Assembly (NCBI GenBank): GCA_045638385.1
Contig: JAZUBI010000123.1
Span: 1 to 60,880, forward strand
DNA from: Eubacteriales bacterium
GTDB lineage: Bacteria > Bacillota > Clostridia > Oscillospirales > CAG-272
Reading direction: 5' to 3'
Length of the DNA stretch: 60,880 bases
How positions within the stretch are numbered: position 1 is the first letter of the stretch; each line of letters begins with the position of its first letter. The position numbers and the translations under genes were made by a program. Shown piece by piece: positions 49,694-59,055 of this stretch. Below the pieces are notes generated by a model. The model ran no database searches. It saw nothing but the letters and a program-made list of their open reading frames with translations, and was not told the origin of the DNA.

Positions 49694-50668
49694 CTAAAGC
49701 GCTAATATCCATTGCGCTATCATCAGTGTGAATGGGAGCGAGAGCACGGAAAGCACGGACGATGTGCCTACTATGAGTGATGAATAACCGGAGTCGAGTC
49801 CGTATGTTTCGCTCATCATTGTCACAGATGATGCCGCAGGCAGAGCCGCAGCCGCCGTTACGAATACAGCGTAGGTCTCAAGACCTTCAAAGGGGAGTAT
49901 TATCAAAAGAAGCTTTGAAATAACGCAAATGATCAAGGGGAGCACAAAAAGCTTCATTATATTGAAATAATAGAGCTTCCATGTGCAGAATATCTTTTTC
50001 GGCGTTTGCGTTGCTATGAGAGCGCCGGTGATAAGCACAGAGATTGGTGTGCATAGGTTTGAGAGATATCCCATGCCTTTCATTAGGAAGGTGGGAATCT
50101 CGATTCCGACCGAGGGATTCTTTAAAAGATAGAATATCAAGCCTATAATGCAGGGAACCGTTCCGAAATTAAGAAATACCTTTTTGAGGTTGACCTTTAT
50201 GTCTTGTCTGCCGCGTGCGAATATTCCAAGTCCCCACGTCCAGAGCAATATATTGAAGCTGAAGGTCAAAAAGGACGCCATTAAAAGTCCTACACCGGGG
50301 ATAAGTGCATCAAATATCGGGAATCCGATAAACGCGCAGTTTGCAAACATAAATGAAAACTCGCTGATCTTTTTCTCGTCGGGCACTTTTTTGTACGGCA
50401 TTGCCATAAAATAAGAGATTCCGGCAAGCACGATATGAAATGCAAAGCCGAGTCCGAGCATTACAAGCGCGATGTTTACGTTTTCGGTCGAATACTCGGT
50501 GCTTGACATCGAATAGATTATCATTGCGGGCTGTCCGACCATGAGTATAAGCTTTGAGAGCCTTTTTGATGCTACGTCGTCAATTATGCCAACCTTTCGG
50601 CAAAGAAAGCCGATGGCGAGCAGAACGGTAAGCGTGGCAACTACGATATAAAGTTGGTCAAAATTCAT
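49694..50668 (-). CDS. AEC (auxin efflux carrier) family transporter
   Basis: About ten TM segments; NCAFIGFP, TPISVLITG, LPAA motifs. Confidence 0.88.
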   Translation of the reverse strand: MNFDQLYIVVATLTVLLAIGFLCRKVGIIDDVASKRLSKLILMVGQPAMIIYSMSSTEYSTENVNIALVMLGLGFAFHIVLAGISYFMAMPYKKVPDEKKISEFSFMFANCAFIGFPIFDALIPGVGLLMASFLTFSFNILLWTWGLGIFARGRQDIKVNLKKVFLNFGTVPCIIGLIFYLLKNPSVGIEIPTFLMKGMGYLSNLCTPISVLITGALIATQTPKKIFCTWKLYYFNIMKLFVLPLIICVISKLLLIILPFEGLETYAVFVTAAAALPAASSVTMMSETYGLDSGYSSLIVGTSSVLSVLSLPFTLMIAQWILAL

Positions 50669-50673
50669 TTTTA

Positions 50674-51222
50674 TCAGTTCTCCAAAAGCTTATCCTTTAT
50701 TTTTTTCATATCCTCAAGCATATCCTCTTTTTTGCGCGGATCACGCAAGAGGGCAGCGGGGTGATATACAGCAGTCATAAGATAGTTTCCTTTTTTAAAC
50801 CATTGACCGTGCTCCTTGGTTATCTTGAAATCCGGCTTTATAAGTCTCATAGCGGAGATTCTGCCAAGACAGACAATTACCTTGGGGTTTATCAGCGCGA
50901 CCTGCTCACGAAGGTATCCTATGCAAGCGTCCTCCTCCTCGGGAAGGGGATCGCGGTTTTTCGGGGGACGGCATTTTAAAATGTTCGCTATATACACATC
51001 CTCACGCGCGATGTCTACCGCATAGAGGAATTTGTCAAGCAGCTGTCCTGCGCGCCCGACAAAAGGAGTTCCCGAAAGATCCTCCTGCTCACCGGGAGCC
51101 TCGCCGACGAACATTATATCCGCATTTTCGTTTCCCACGCCGAAAACGCAGTTGGTGCGAGTATTGCAAAGCTCACAATTCCTGCATTCGGCGCATGCTT
51201 TTTTTAGCTGTTCCCAATTCAT
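50674..51222 (-). CDS. Uracil-DNA glycosylase family 4
   Basis: CxxCxLC Fe-S motif, GEAPG, PFVG.AG, KCRPP.NR, HPAALLR. Confidence 0.95.
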   Translation of the reverse strand: MNWEQLKKACAECRNCELCNTRTNCVFGVGNENADIMFVGEAPGEQEDLSGTPFVGRAGQLLDKFLYAVDIAREDVYIANILKCRPPKNRDPLPEEEDACIGYLREQVALINPKVIVCLGRISAMRLIKPDFKITKEHGQWFKKGNYLMTAVYHPAALLRDPRKKEDMLEDMKKIKDKLLEN

Positions 51223-51263
51223 ATATTTAACATTCCTTTCAAGTTATAAGCATCATTTAAAAT

Positions 51264-51303
51264 ATTATAGCAGAAAAGCCCCCCGATTTCAAGTATCGGG
51301 GAG
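51264..51303 (-). promoter_or_regulatory. sigmaA promoter for the UDG gene overlapping the mecA terminator
   Basis: Minus strand TTGAAA (51292-51287)-17bp-TATAAT (51269-51264). Hairpin gctccccgat-acttgaa-atcggggggc followed by tttt. Confidence 0.65.
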
Positions 51304-51322
51304 CATTTTTTTGCGACAAACG

Positions 51323-51970
51323 TCAATATTTCGCAAGAATCGATATTGCATCTGAGTTGCATATCTTGGTTGCGTGTTCTGTAAGGTATGTAGACGCATG
51401 CTCCGAATGCTCGCGAACTCCAAGCTCGATAAGAAATGTCATTTTGTCAAGACGCATATATGCAGAGCTGTTGGCGTTTTCAAGCATAAGATAAAATTTC
51501 CCCTGCTCACATTTGTATGCACGGCTCTGTATAGCCTCTGCCCTTTGGGAGAGGATCTTACAAGCGAGACAAAGATCCTTTAATGTATCAAAGGAAAAGA
51601 TCATTTTTCCAAAATTGCCGTTAATGCCGCTCATTTGTGTCTCCCCACGCGCCGCAAGCGCTTGACATTCTTCGCCGTCGAGTGATCTTTTTACTTTTTT
51701 TATCCGTTTTTCATCTCTTGCGACGGGCGGATCGCTCTTTGTAACAAAAAGCTCGCATCCGCCATGCTTTGAGGTGTAGAGCTGAACAAAAATTTCCGAC
51801 CCTTCGGTATTGAAGCCGATCTTATCCTTGGCGCAATCAAGTATGTGTCTTATCGCAAGCCTTGTCGCGCTGTTAGCGCAGTCCGCCTCGTCTCCTATAT
51901 TATATTCCTTCATATCGTTTTCATCGAGCATTATTTTAAGCTTTGAATTGTTTATAGGTATGAGCTCCAT
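51323..51970 (-). CDS. mecA: Adaptor protein MecA
   Basis: [38 protein letters not shown]...AI. Confidence 0.85.
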   Translation of the reverse strand: MELIPINNSKLKIMLDENDMKEYNIGDEADCANSATRLAIRHILDCAKDKIGFNTEGSEIFVQLYTSKHGGCELFVTKSDPPVARDEKRIKKVKRSLDGEECQALAARGETQMSGINGNFGKMIFSFDTLKDLCLACKILSQRAEAIQSRAYKCEQGKFYLMLENANSSAYMRLDKMTFLIELGVREHSEHASTYLTEHATKICNSDAISILAKY

Positions 51971-52098
51971 ATTGTTTACCTCCCGTAGATTTCCGCATCA
52001 TCGCTACACTATTATTATAATACGGAAGGGGTGAAAATGTAACCCCTAAAAATATGGTAATTTTCAAGCCTAACAATGGCGTGCAGATCAGAAATCAG

Positions 52099-52127
52099 TT
52101 GACAATTTTGTCCTCTGATGCTATAAT
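52099..52127 (+). promoter_or_regulatory. Consensus sigmaA promoter for the helicase gene
   Basis: TTGACA-17bp-TATAAT with TG. Confidence 0.85.
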
Positions 52128-52160
52128 GTATCTGTAAATGTAAGGAAGGGAGGAGCCTTT

Positions 52161-54578
52161 ATGAGATATAACCGTGAAACCGACGTTATAGAGCTTACGG
52201 CGGAGGAGCTTTGTTTGTCCTCGGTCGTTGGAGAAGGTATAGACACAAGCCAGGTACACAGGCGCTTTCACGGCAGAACGGCTGATAGGTCGCGTGCGTT
52301 TGAAAGGCTGCATCTTTCCTTTGGAATGAGATACTATGACAAGGTAGAGCTCACGAATACCTGCAAGCTTGAGGAGATACAGTTCACCGTTTTCGGACAT
52401 GCTGACGGCGTGCTTTGCCGCGATGACGGATACGCTGTTGATGAGGTGAGAATGGCCTCGCGGAATAAGAGATACGGAGCCCTTGACGAGCAATATCACA
52501 GAGCAAGGCTTGCGGTTTACGCTTACTTTTTGTGCGTGGCAAAGGAATGCGAAAGCGTTGAGACAAGGCAGGTGTTCTATGATGCCGAGGATAGCGATTT
52601 CGAGGTGCGCAAGGATCGGGCGAGCAGAGCAGAGCTCAGGGAAATCTATTGCTCTATGTTATCCGGACTACTCTGGCGTGCTCGCATTATAAGAGATAGG
52701 GCCCTGGTTCGGATCCCGAGTGCCGCTAACGCTGTATTCCCGTATAAGACTCTGCGTGACAGCCAAAGCGAGATGATAAAGGAATGCTACCGCGACATAA
52801 AGCACGGCTCAAGACTTTTCTGCCAAGCTCCTACGGGAATAGGCAAGACGGTGTCAACCCTTTATCCTGCGGTGAAGTGCATCGGAGAGGGCGTGGCGGA
52901 TAAGGTATTCTATCTTACATCAAAGCAAAGTATACGCCGAGAAGCGTTTTCTGCAATGAAAAAGATGAATAACGTGGGAGTTGGATTACGCACGGCGGTC
53001 ATCTCCTCTCGCGAGAGTATGTGTAGGAATGCCGCCGCAAAGCTTCGCGGAGGTAAGCTGTCATCAAACTGCAATCCCGAGCTTTGTCCGTATGCCGCGG
53101 GTTACTACGATAGGTCAAGCTTTGCGCTTGCCGATCTTATGGCATCGGGCGACGCATACGATCCCCAAACGATCATCGCGGTCGCTGAAAAGCATAGAGT
53201 ATGTCCGTACGAGCTTTCCCTTGATCTCAGCGAGCTTTGCGACGTTATAATTTGTGATTACAATTATGTTTTCTCGCCAACGGTTTATCTTAAGAGATAC
53301 TTTGAAGAAAACAGAGAAGAAAAGTATATATTCCTTGTTGACGAGGCGCATAATTTGCCGGACAGAGCGAGGGAAATGTTCTCCTCGAAGATATCCAAGC
53401 GTGATTTTGAGGTCTTGTTGGATTTACTTGGAGAGAGCTCTGAATTGTCAACGCCTTGCCTTTCGGTGATCACGGAATTTGATCATGTCGGAAGAATATG
53501 CGAGGATGACTCCAAAATGACGGAGGACGGAGGACGGGTAGGCTTTAACGTCTCGCGGTCTCTGCCCGAAAAGCTCGGAGAGACGCTTGCCATCTTTGCC
53601 AAAAAGTGCGATACGTGGATGAAGGGAAATGCCGATTCGGGCGCATATGCGATAATAGAGGATGTTTGCTACAAAATATATGAATACGGAAAGATCTCCG
53701 AGAGATATGGCGGGGGATATATAACATTCCTGACTAAGAGTCAAGATGACGTATCAGTACTGCTGTACTGCCTTGACCCTGCGGACGAGCTTTCAAGAGC
53801 GCTTTCAAGGGCGCACGCATCGGTGCTTTTCTCCGCAACGCTTACACCGACAGAATATTTTGCGGATATACTCGGAGGAGGGAAGAAAACCGTGTCGGTC
53901 AGCTTCCGTTCACCGTTCCCAAGTGAAAATCTATGCGTTGCGATAGTGGACAAGATCAGCACAAGATACGAGGACAGAGAAAAGTCATATAAGAAGATCT
54001 CATCCTGTATTGCCGCCACCGCAAGCGCAAAACGCGGCAACTACATGGTGTTTTTCCCATCGTACGGTTATATGAACGAGGTTAAAAGGATCTTTGCCGC
54101 GAAATATCCCAAGGTGCAGATAATAGAGCAGACCAAGAATATGACCGCGCGACAAAAGGAGGAATTTATGTCCTCGTTTGTCGATGACGGAAAGCTGAGA
54201 GTGGCTTTCTGTGTCCTTGGCGGATCCTTCTCGGAGGGAATAGACCTGCCGGGGGATAAGCTGATCGGAGTTATATGCGTTGGCGTTGGCTTGCCGGGTC
54301 TTTCAAGTGAAAATAACATACTTCGTGATTATTACGATGAGAAAAACAGCTGTGGATACGACTATGCCTACACCTATCCCGGGATGAACTCTATTCTTCA
54401 GGCGGTCGGACGTGTTATCAGAACAGAGACCGATAGAGGAATCGCAGTTTTGATAGATGACAGATATGCCGATCCAAAGTACAAAACTATGTTCCCGAAT
54501 GAGTGGAAAGGAGTAAAATTTGCAGGAAATGCTCAATCTCTTGCAGAAATTGCTTCAAAGTTTTGGAATTTATCATAA
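52161..54578 (+). CDS. DinG/XPD-family Fe-S DNA helicase with N-terminal PD-(D/E)XK-like domain
   Basis: Q motif, APTGIGKT, Fe-S cysteines, VDEAH, SAT, FFPSY, SEGID, QAVGRVIR. Confidence 0.9.
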   Translation: MRYNRETDVIELTAEELCLSSVVGEGIDTSQVHRRFHGRTADRSRAFERLHLSFGMRYYDKVELTNTCKLEEIQFTVFGHADGVLCRDDGYAVDEVRMASRNKRYGALDEQYHRARLAVYAYFLCVAKECESVETRQVFYDAEDSDFEVRKDRASRAELREIYCSMLSGLLWRARIIRDRALVRIPSAANAVFPYKTLRDSQSEMIKECYRDIKHGSRLFCQAPTGIGKTVSTLYPAVKCIGEGVADKVFYLTSKQSIRREAFSAMKKMNNVGVGLRTAVISSRESMCRNAAAKLRGGKLSSNCNPELCPYAAGYYDRSSFALADLMASGDAYDPQTIIAVAEKHRVCPYELSLDLSELCDVIICDYNYVFSPTVYLKRYFEENREEKYIFLVDEAHNLPDRAREMFSSKISKRDFEVLLDLLGESSELSTPCLSVITEFDHVGRICEDDSKMTEDGGRVGFNVSRSLPEKLGETLAIFAKKCDTWMKGNADSGAYAIIEDVCYKIYEYGKISERYGGGYITFLTKSQDDVSVLLYCLDPADELSRALSRAHASVLFSATLTPTEYFADILGGGKKTVSVSFRSPFPSENLCVAIVDKISTRYEDREKSYKKISSCIAATASAKRGNYMVFFPSYGYMNEVKRIFAAKYPKVQIIEQTKNMTARQKEEFMSSFVDDGKLRVAFCVLGGSFSEGIDLPGDKLIGVICVGVGLPGLSSENNILRDYYDEKNSCGYDYAYTYPGMNSILQAVGRVIRTETDRGIAVLIDDRYADPKYKTMFPNEWKGVKFAGNAQSLAEIASKFWNLS

Positions 54579-54613
54579 TTTTTGAAAATTTTTGCAAAAA
54601 ATCAAAAAACATC

Positions 54614-54642
54614 TTGCTTTTTCCATAACATTGTGGTATAAT
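54614..54642 (+). promoter_or_regulatory. sigmaA promoter
   Basis: TTGCTT-17bp-TATAAT with TG. Confidence 0.7.
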
Positions 54643-54695
54643 AACGCATATGCTTTGAATATAGCGAGAATATTTGATTTTGGAGAAGAATTTTG

Positions 54696-55973
54696 ATGAA
54701 ATACCGTGACATGAACCGCGCGGAAATCAGCGCGGAATATGATCAGCTTAAAAAGGAATATGAGAGCATAAAGTCAATGGGAATGTCGCTTGACATTTCA
54801 AGAGGAAAGCCCTGTACCGCACAGCTCAATCTTTCCGACGGACTTCTTACCGTGCTCAACGGTGCGGAGGATTGCAAGACCGAATCGGGCTTTGATTGCA
54901 GAAACTACGGTCTTTTCGAGGGCGTACCGGAAGCACAGAAAATGTTTTCCGAGCTTCTTACGATCCCCTCTGAAAATATACTTCTTGGCGGAAGCTCGTC
55001 ATTGAATTTTATGTACGACACACTTGCTCGCGCTATGATATACGGTGTGCGCGGAAGTGAGAGACCGTGGTGCAAGGAGGGAAAGGTAAAGTTTATCTGT
55101 CCCGTGCCCGGATATGACCGACATTTCAGGGTAACAGAATCTCTCGGTATTGAGATGATCAATGTTAATATGACTCCCACGGGTCCTGATATGGATGCTG
55201 TTGAGGAGATCGTAAAGGACAGTATGGTAAAGGGAATCTGGTGTAACCCGAAGTATTCAAACCCCGACGGTATTACCTATTCCGACGATACTGTACGTCG
55301 CCTTGCAAGAATGAAAACTGCCGCGCCCGATTTCCGTATTATGTGGGATAATGCGTACGCGGTTCACGATCTTTACGATAAGACCGACGAGCTTATAGAC
55401 ATCATTGCCGAGTGCTGTGATGCGGGACATCCCGACAGAGTGCTTTGCTTCTATTCAACAAGTAAAATAACCTATCCCGGCGGCGGTGTTGCGCTTATGG
55501 CGGCGAGTGAAAACAACCTCAAGCAGATCAAGGAGGTTATGAGCGCGCAGACCATTAACTTTGATAAGCTCAATCAGTTGCGCCACGTCAGATATTTTAA
55601 GAATGCAGATAATATCAAGGCGCATATGAAGAAGCACGCGGAGATAATCGCGCCCAAATTCGCACTTGTAAAGAAGTATCTCAACGAGGAGCTTGGTGAT
55701 CTCGATATAGCGAGATGGACAGATCCCAACGGAGGTTATTTCATAAGCTTCTTTGCAGAGAAGGGATGCGCTAAGAGAATCTATGCGCTTGCCAAGGAGG
55801 CAGGACTTACTCTTACAACAGTCGGTGCGACATATCCTTACGGATACGACCCCGATGACTCCAATATCAGAATAGCCCCTACATTCCCCTCGCTTGACGA
55901 TCTTGACAAGGCGATGAAGCTGTTTGTGATATGCGTAAAGATGGCGACCTGCGAAAAATATCTTAATGCTTAA
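54696..55973 (+). CDS. PLP-dependent aminotransferase, Rv3722c/Corynebacterium AspAT-like
   Basis: [42 protein letters not shown]. Confidence 0.8.
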   Translation: MKYRDMNRAEISAEYDQLKKEYESIKSMGMSLDISRGKPCTAQLNLSDGLLTVLNGAEDCKTESGFDCRNYGLFEGVPEAQKMFSELLTIPSENILLGGSSSLNFMYDTLARAMIYGVRGSERPWCKEGKVKFICPVPGYDRHFRVTESLGIEMINVNMTPTGPDMDAVEEIVKDSMVKGIWCNPKYSNPDGITYSDDTVRRLARMKTAAPDFRIMWDNAYAVHDLYDKTDELIDIIAECCDAGHPDRVLCFYSTSKITYPGGGVALMAASENNLKQIKEVMSAQTINFDKLNQLRHVRYFKNADNIKAHMKKHAEIIAPKFALVKKYLNEELGDLDIARWTDPNGGYFISFFAEKGCAKRIYALAKEAGLTLTTVGATYPYGYDPDDSNIRIAPTFPSLDDLDKAMKLFVICVKMATCEKYLNA

Positions 55974-55987
55974 ATAATAATGAAGAT

Positions 55988-56016
55988 CAGGCGACTTTAA
56001 GGGTCGCCTGTATTTT
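55988..56016 (+). terminator. Intrinsic terminator
   Basis: caggcgact-ttaag-ggtcgcctg followed by tatttt. Confidence 0.7.
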
Positions 56017-56046
56017 ACAGAAAAGGAATTTTTGAAGGATTACATT

Positions 56047-57021
56047 ATGAAGGAAACTCAGGTAACAAAAAATCCCTATAAAAACAGCGATACAAACAAG
56101 CGGTATTATACCTATGATTACTATCTCCGCCGCACCTTTGGCTCGAAGTGTATGAAGATCCCGATAGACGCGGGCTTTACCTGCCCGAATATTGACGGAA
56201 AATGCGCTGTCGGAGGATGTATATACTGTTCTCCGCGCGGCAGCGGAGATTTTGCCGCGGCAGCAAATATCCCCACGGACGAGCAGTTTGAGATAATCAA
56301 ATCACAGCTCTCCTCAAAGTGGAAAACGGATAAATATATCCCGTATTTTCAAGCTCATACAAACACCTATGCGCCAACCGAGCTTATACGGAGCAAAATA
56401 GAGCCCGTTATGAAAAAGGAGGGCGTTGTCGGCTTGAACATTGCGACACGCGCGGATTGCCTTGAGGACAGCACGCTTGAATATCTTTCCGAGCTTGCCG
56501 AGCGCACGACACTTACCGTGGAGCTTGGACTTCAATCCTCAAACGATGAAACCGCAGATCTCATAAATCGCGGACACAGCTTTGCGGATTTTCTTGATGG
56601 ATACCGCAGGCTTCGATTGGCATCGGACAGGATAAATATTTGCGTTCATATAATATTCGGACTTCCCGGGGAGAGCAGAGAGACTATGCTTGAAACGGTG
56701 AGAGCCGTTGCGGCTCTTAAGCCCGAGCAGGTGAAGATACATCTTCTGCACGTGATACGCGGAACAAGACTTGCGCAAATGTATGAAAGAGGGGAGTATT
56801 CGCCGCTTACTATGGAGGAATACGTTTCGCTCACTGCCGAGGCTCTTACGCTGATGCCGCCCGATACGGTTATAGGCAGACTTACGGGCGACGGTATGCA
56901 AAGTGAGCTTTTAGCTCCCGAATGGAGCAGAAAGAAAACTGTCGTTATAAATAATATCGATAAGCTGATGTTTGCAAATGATTGGGTGCAGGGAAAAAAC
57001 TATAATCAGATCATTTGTTGA
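56047..57021 (+). CDS. Radical SAM protein, TIGR01212/YhcC family
   Basis: GFTCPNIDG...GGCIYC, YFQAHTNTY, VELGLQS, RLTGD. Alternative TTG start at 56032. Confidence 0.92.
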   Translation: MKETQVTKNPYKNSDTNKRYYTYDYYLRRTFGSKCMKIPIDAGFTCPNIDGKCAVGGCIYCSPRGSGDFAAAANIPTDEQFEIIKSQLSSKWKTDKYIPYFQAHTNTYAPTELIRSKIEPVMKKEGVVGLNIATRADCLEDSTLEYLSELAERTTLTVELGLQSSNDETADLINRGHSFADFLDGYRRLRLASDRINICVHIIFGLPGESRETMLETVRAVAALKPEQVKIHLLHVIRGTRLAQMYERGEYSPLTMEEYVSLTAEALTLMPPDTVIGRLTGDGMQSELLAPEWSRKKTVVINNIDKLMFANDWVQGKNYNQIIC

Positions 57022-57063
57022 TTTATCCAAAAAAGTAAGGATAAAATTATACAATTTTGCGTA

Positions 57064-57092
57064 TTTACAAGATGTTGATTTTATTGTAAAAT
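57064..57092 (+). promoter_or_regulatory. Putative sigmaA promoter
   Basis: TTTACA-17bp-TAAAAT. Confidence 0.55.
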
Positions 57093-57126
57093 ATAAGTGT
57101 AAGAAAATACACAAGGAGATACTGAT

Positions 57127-58830
57127 ATGAAAAAAATTTTATCGCTGTTTGTTGCGGCAGCAATGATCCTCTCGTTAATGTTTGTGTGTGTTATCACCGC
57201 GAGCGCCGCCGGTGAGGGTGATTGGGATGTTTACTCAAGTCGCGGAAGCTATGAGGACAAGGACGACCCCAATAAAAGGCCTGTTCCGGGATATGAATAC
57301 ACCGAGGACGGACTGCATATGATCCCTGCAGATTGGAGCGAGTCTACACCTTGGGGAATTTTCCAGACCAAGGAGCAGGTCAATTTGCGCGAGGGTGTTT
57401 ATATGGAGGTCAGAATAGACAACTTCACATACGAGGGCGACAAGTGGTTTGCGTTTAATATCTGGGAGGAAAAGATTGATGAATTCCCGGATGCGAGCGA
57501 CAAGAGCGCGATCGGTCTCGAGGCACTTGTTCGTGTGGACGGAAACAAGAAGATCACAAGCGTTCCGCTTAATATCCATACAAAGTACGGCGAGTCCACA
57601 ACACTCTCATACATGGGTATGATGGACGTTAAGAATGTATATGACGATAACGGATGTCCTATCGTGACATTGCAGATCACCTGGGACGAGACGACCGGTT
57701 ACAGCATGTATGTAAACGGTGCTACGCTCTCGACTAAGGATGCGCAGACCATGACAGATATATTTGACGGTGAGGACAACGACGGATACGCATACATAAG
57801 CTTTTCCTTGCAGAACAGCACAAAGGGCGGAACTGTAGAATGTACAGTGCTTAAATTCGGAACCTCTCCCGAGGATTGCGAAAAGCCCACGGGTAGCGAT
57901 AGCGCAAAGCCTGTTGATAACAAGATAACCATTGCCGATATCGCTGATCCGAGCACAGTTCCTGCAGGCGAGCCCGCAGTTTTTCTTAACGGAAGTGTCG
58001 GAGATTCCGACATTATGTCAAAGCCCTCATCTACTAACAATAGTACTATAATCATAAATGATGATAACTCTGTCACCGTAAACACCACTACAACGTGGGC
58101 ATCGGTGTCGATGTCGGTAAATAACGATGTGTCATACGATGCGGCAGATTTCCCGATGATGCTGATAATCGCGAGAAATCTCTGTACCTGCGTATGGCAG
58201 GACGGAACGCCGAGCTGCGATTGCTCCGAGATGCCCGGTGTTATAACTATGGCGGGAGATACCATTGCGGCGGACAGCGCCAATACCATAAAGGCGTATT
58301 CGTATATCTGGGAGCCCATCTGCGATGAAGATGGAAATATGTATTCGTATTTTATTGCCGATTGGTCGGACTTTAGCGGTAGAATAAACGGCTTCAGAAT
58401 CGACTTGCAGGGCATGAAAACGACAGAGGCGGGAAGAACCGGATTTGACATTATGGGCGTTGGCTTTTTCCGTACCGATGTCGAGGCTCAGGAATTCTTT
58501 GAGGATTATCTCGTTGAGATCGGTGTTTTAGAGGGCGAGGATGATCCCGCGCCTTCCGAAAGCGAGGAAACAACCGACGTTGGAGAATCGGAGTCCGAGA
58601 CGGTGAATGCAGATACCGAAACAGAGGGAAAATCGGACGAGGTGTCTGTCGAAGAGACCGAAGAAGAGAAGACCGAGGGCGAGAGCGCAACTGAAGGAGA
58701 GACGAAAAAAGCAAAAGAGCAGACCACAGCCAAAATTGGCTGCGGTGGCGTTATAGGCACCGGCTCTGTTGCTTTGATTATCGCGCTTATGGCATCGGTA
58801 TTACCTGTGTTAAAAAAACGCGAAAAATAA
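57127..58830 (+). CDS. Secreted acidic surface protein with E/T-rich linker and GCGG-TM-basic tail (paralog 1)
   Basis: Signal peptide ending ASA; beta-rich body; C-terminus GCGGVIGTGSVALIIALMASVLPVLKKREK. Confidence 0.85.
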   Translation: MKKILSLFVAAAMILSLMFVCVITASAAGEGDWDVYSSRGSYEDKDDPNKRPVPGYEYTEDGLHMIPADWSESTPWGIFQTKEQVNLREGVYMEVRIDNFTYEGDKWFAFNIWEEKIDEFPDASDKSAIGLEALVRVDGNKKITSVPLNIHTKYGESTTLSYMGMMDVKNVYDDNGCPIVTLQITWDETTGYSMYVNGATLSTKDAQTMTDIFDGEDNDGYAYISFSLQNSTKGGTVECTVLKFGTSPEDCEKPTGSDSAKPVDNKITIADIADPSTVPAGEPAVFLNGSVGDSDIMSKPSSTNNSTIIINDDNSVTVNTTTTWASVSMSVNNDVSYDAADFPMMLIIARNLCTCVWQDGTPSCDCSEMPGVITMAGDTIAADSANTIKAYSYIWEPICDEDGNMYSYFIADWSDFSGRINGFRIDLQGMKTTEAGRTGFDIMGVGFFRTDVEAQEFFEDYLVEIGVLEGEDDPAPSESEETTDVGESESETVNADTETEGKSDEVSVEETEEEKTEGESATEGETKKAKEQTTAKIGCGGVIGTGSVALIIALMASVLPVLKKREK

Positions 58831-58972
58831 GAAAAAATCGTGTCGAAAAAGCATTGGATATTGTGAACGTTGCTTGACATTCAAGGGCATTTTGTGAATG
58901 TCGCATAAAAGCGCAAATATCCTTTGTATAAATAGCACAATTAGGGTTGATTTATTTTGTCAATATTGCGAA

Positions 58973-59001
58973 TTTACATTTTTTGCGAAATATGATAAAA
59001 T
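58973..59001 (+). promoter_or_regulatory. Putative sigmaA promoter
   Basis: TTTACA-17bp-TAAAAT with TG. Confidence 0.6.
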
Positions 59002-59055
59002 GTTATAGAGCAAAAGAAGGCTTTTGCCAAAAAAGTTTCTAAAGGAGAAAAAGCT

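Noticed and set aside
52161-54578. DinG plus Cas4-like domain as a sign of type IV CRISPR or a defence system
   Set aside because: No cas genes or array nearby; housekeeping context; this fusion is a common stand-alone repair helicase in Firmicutes.
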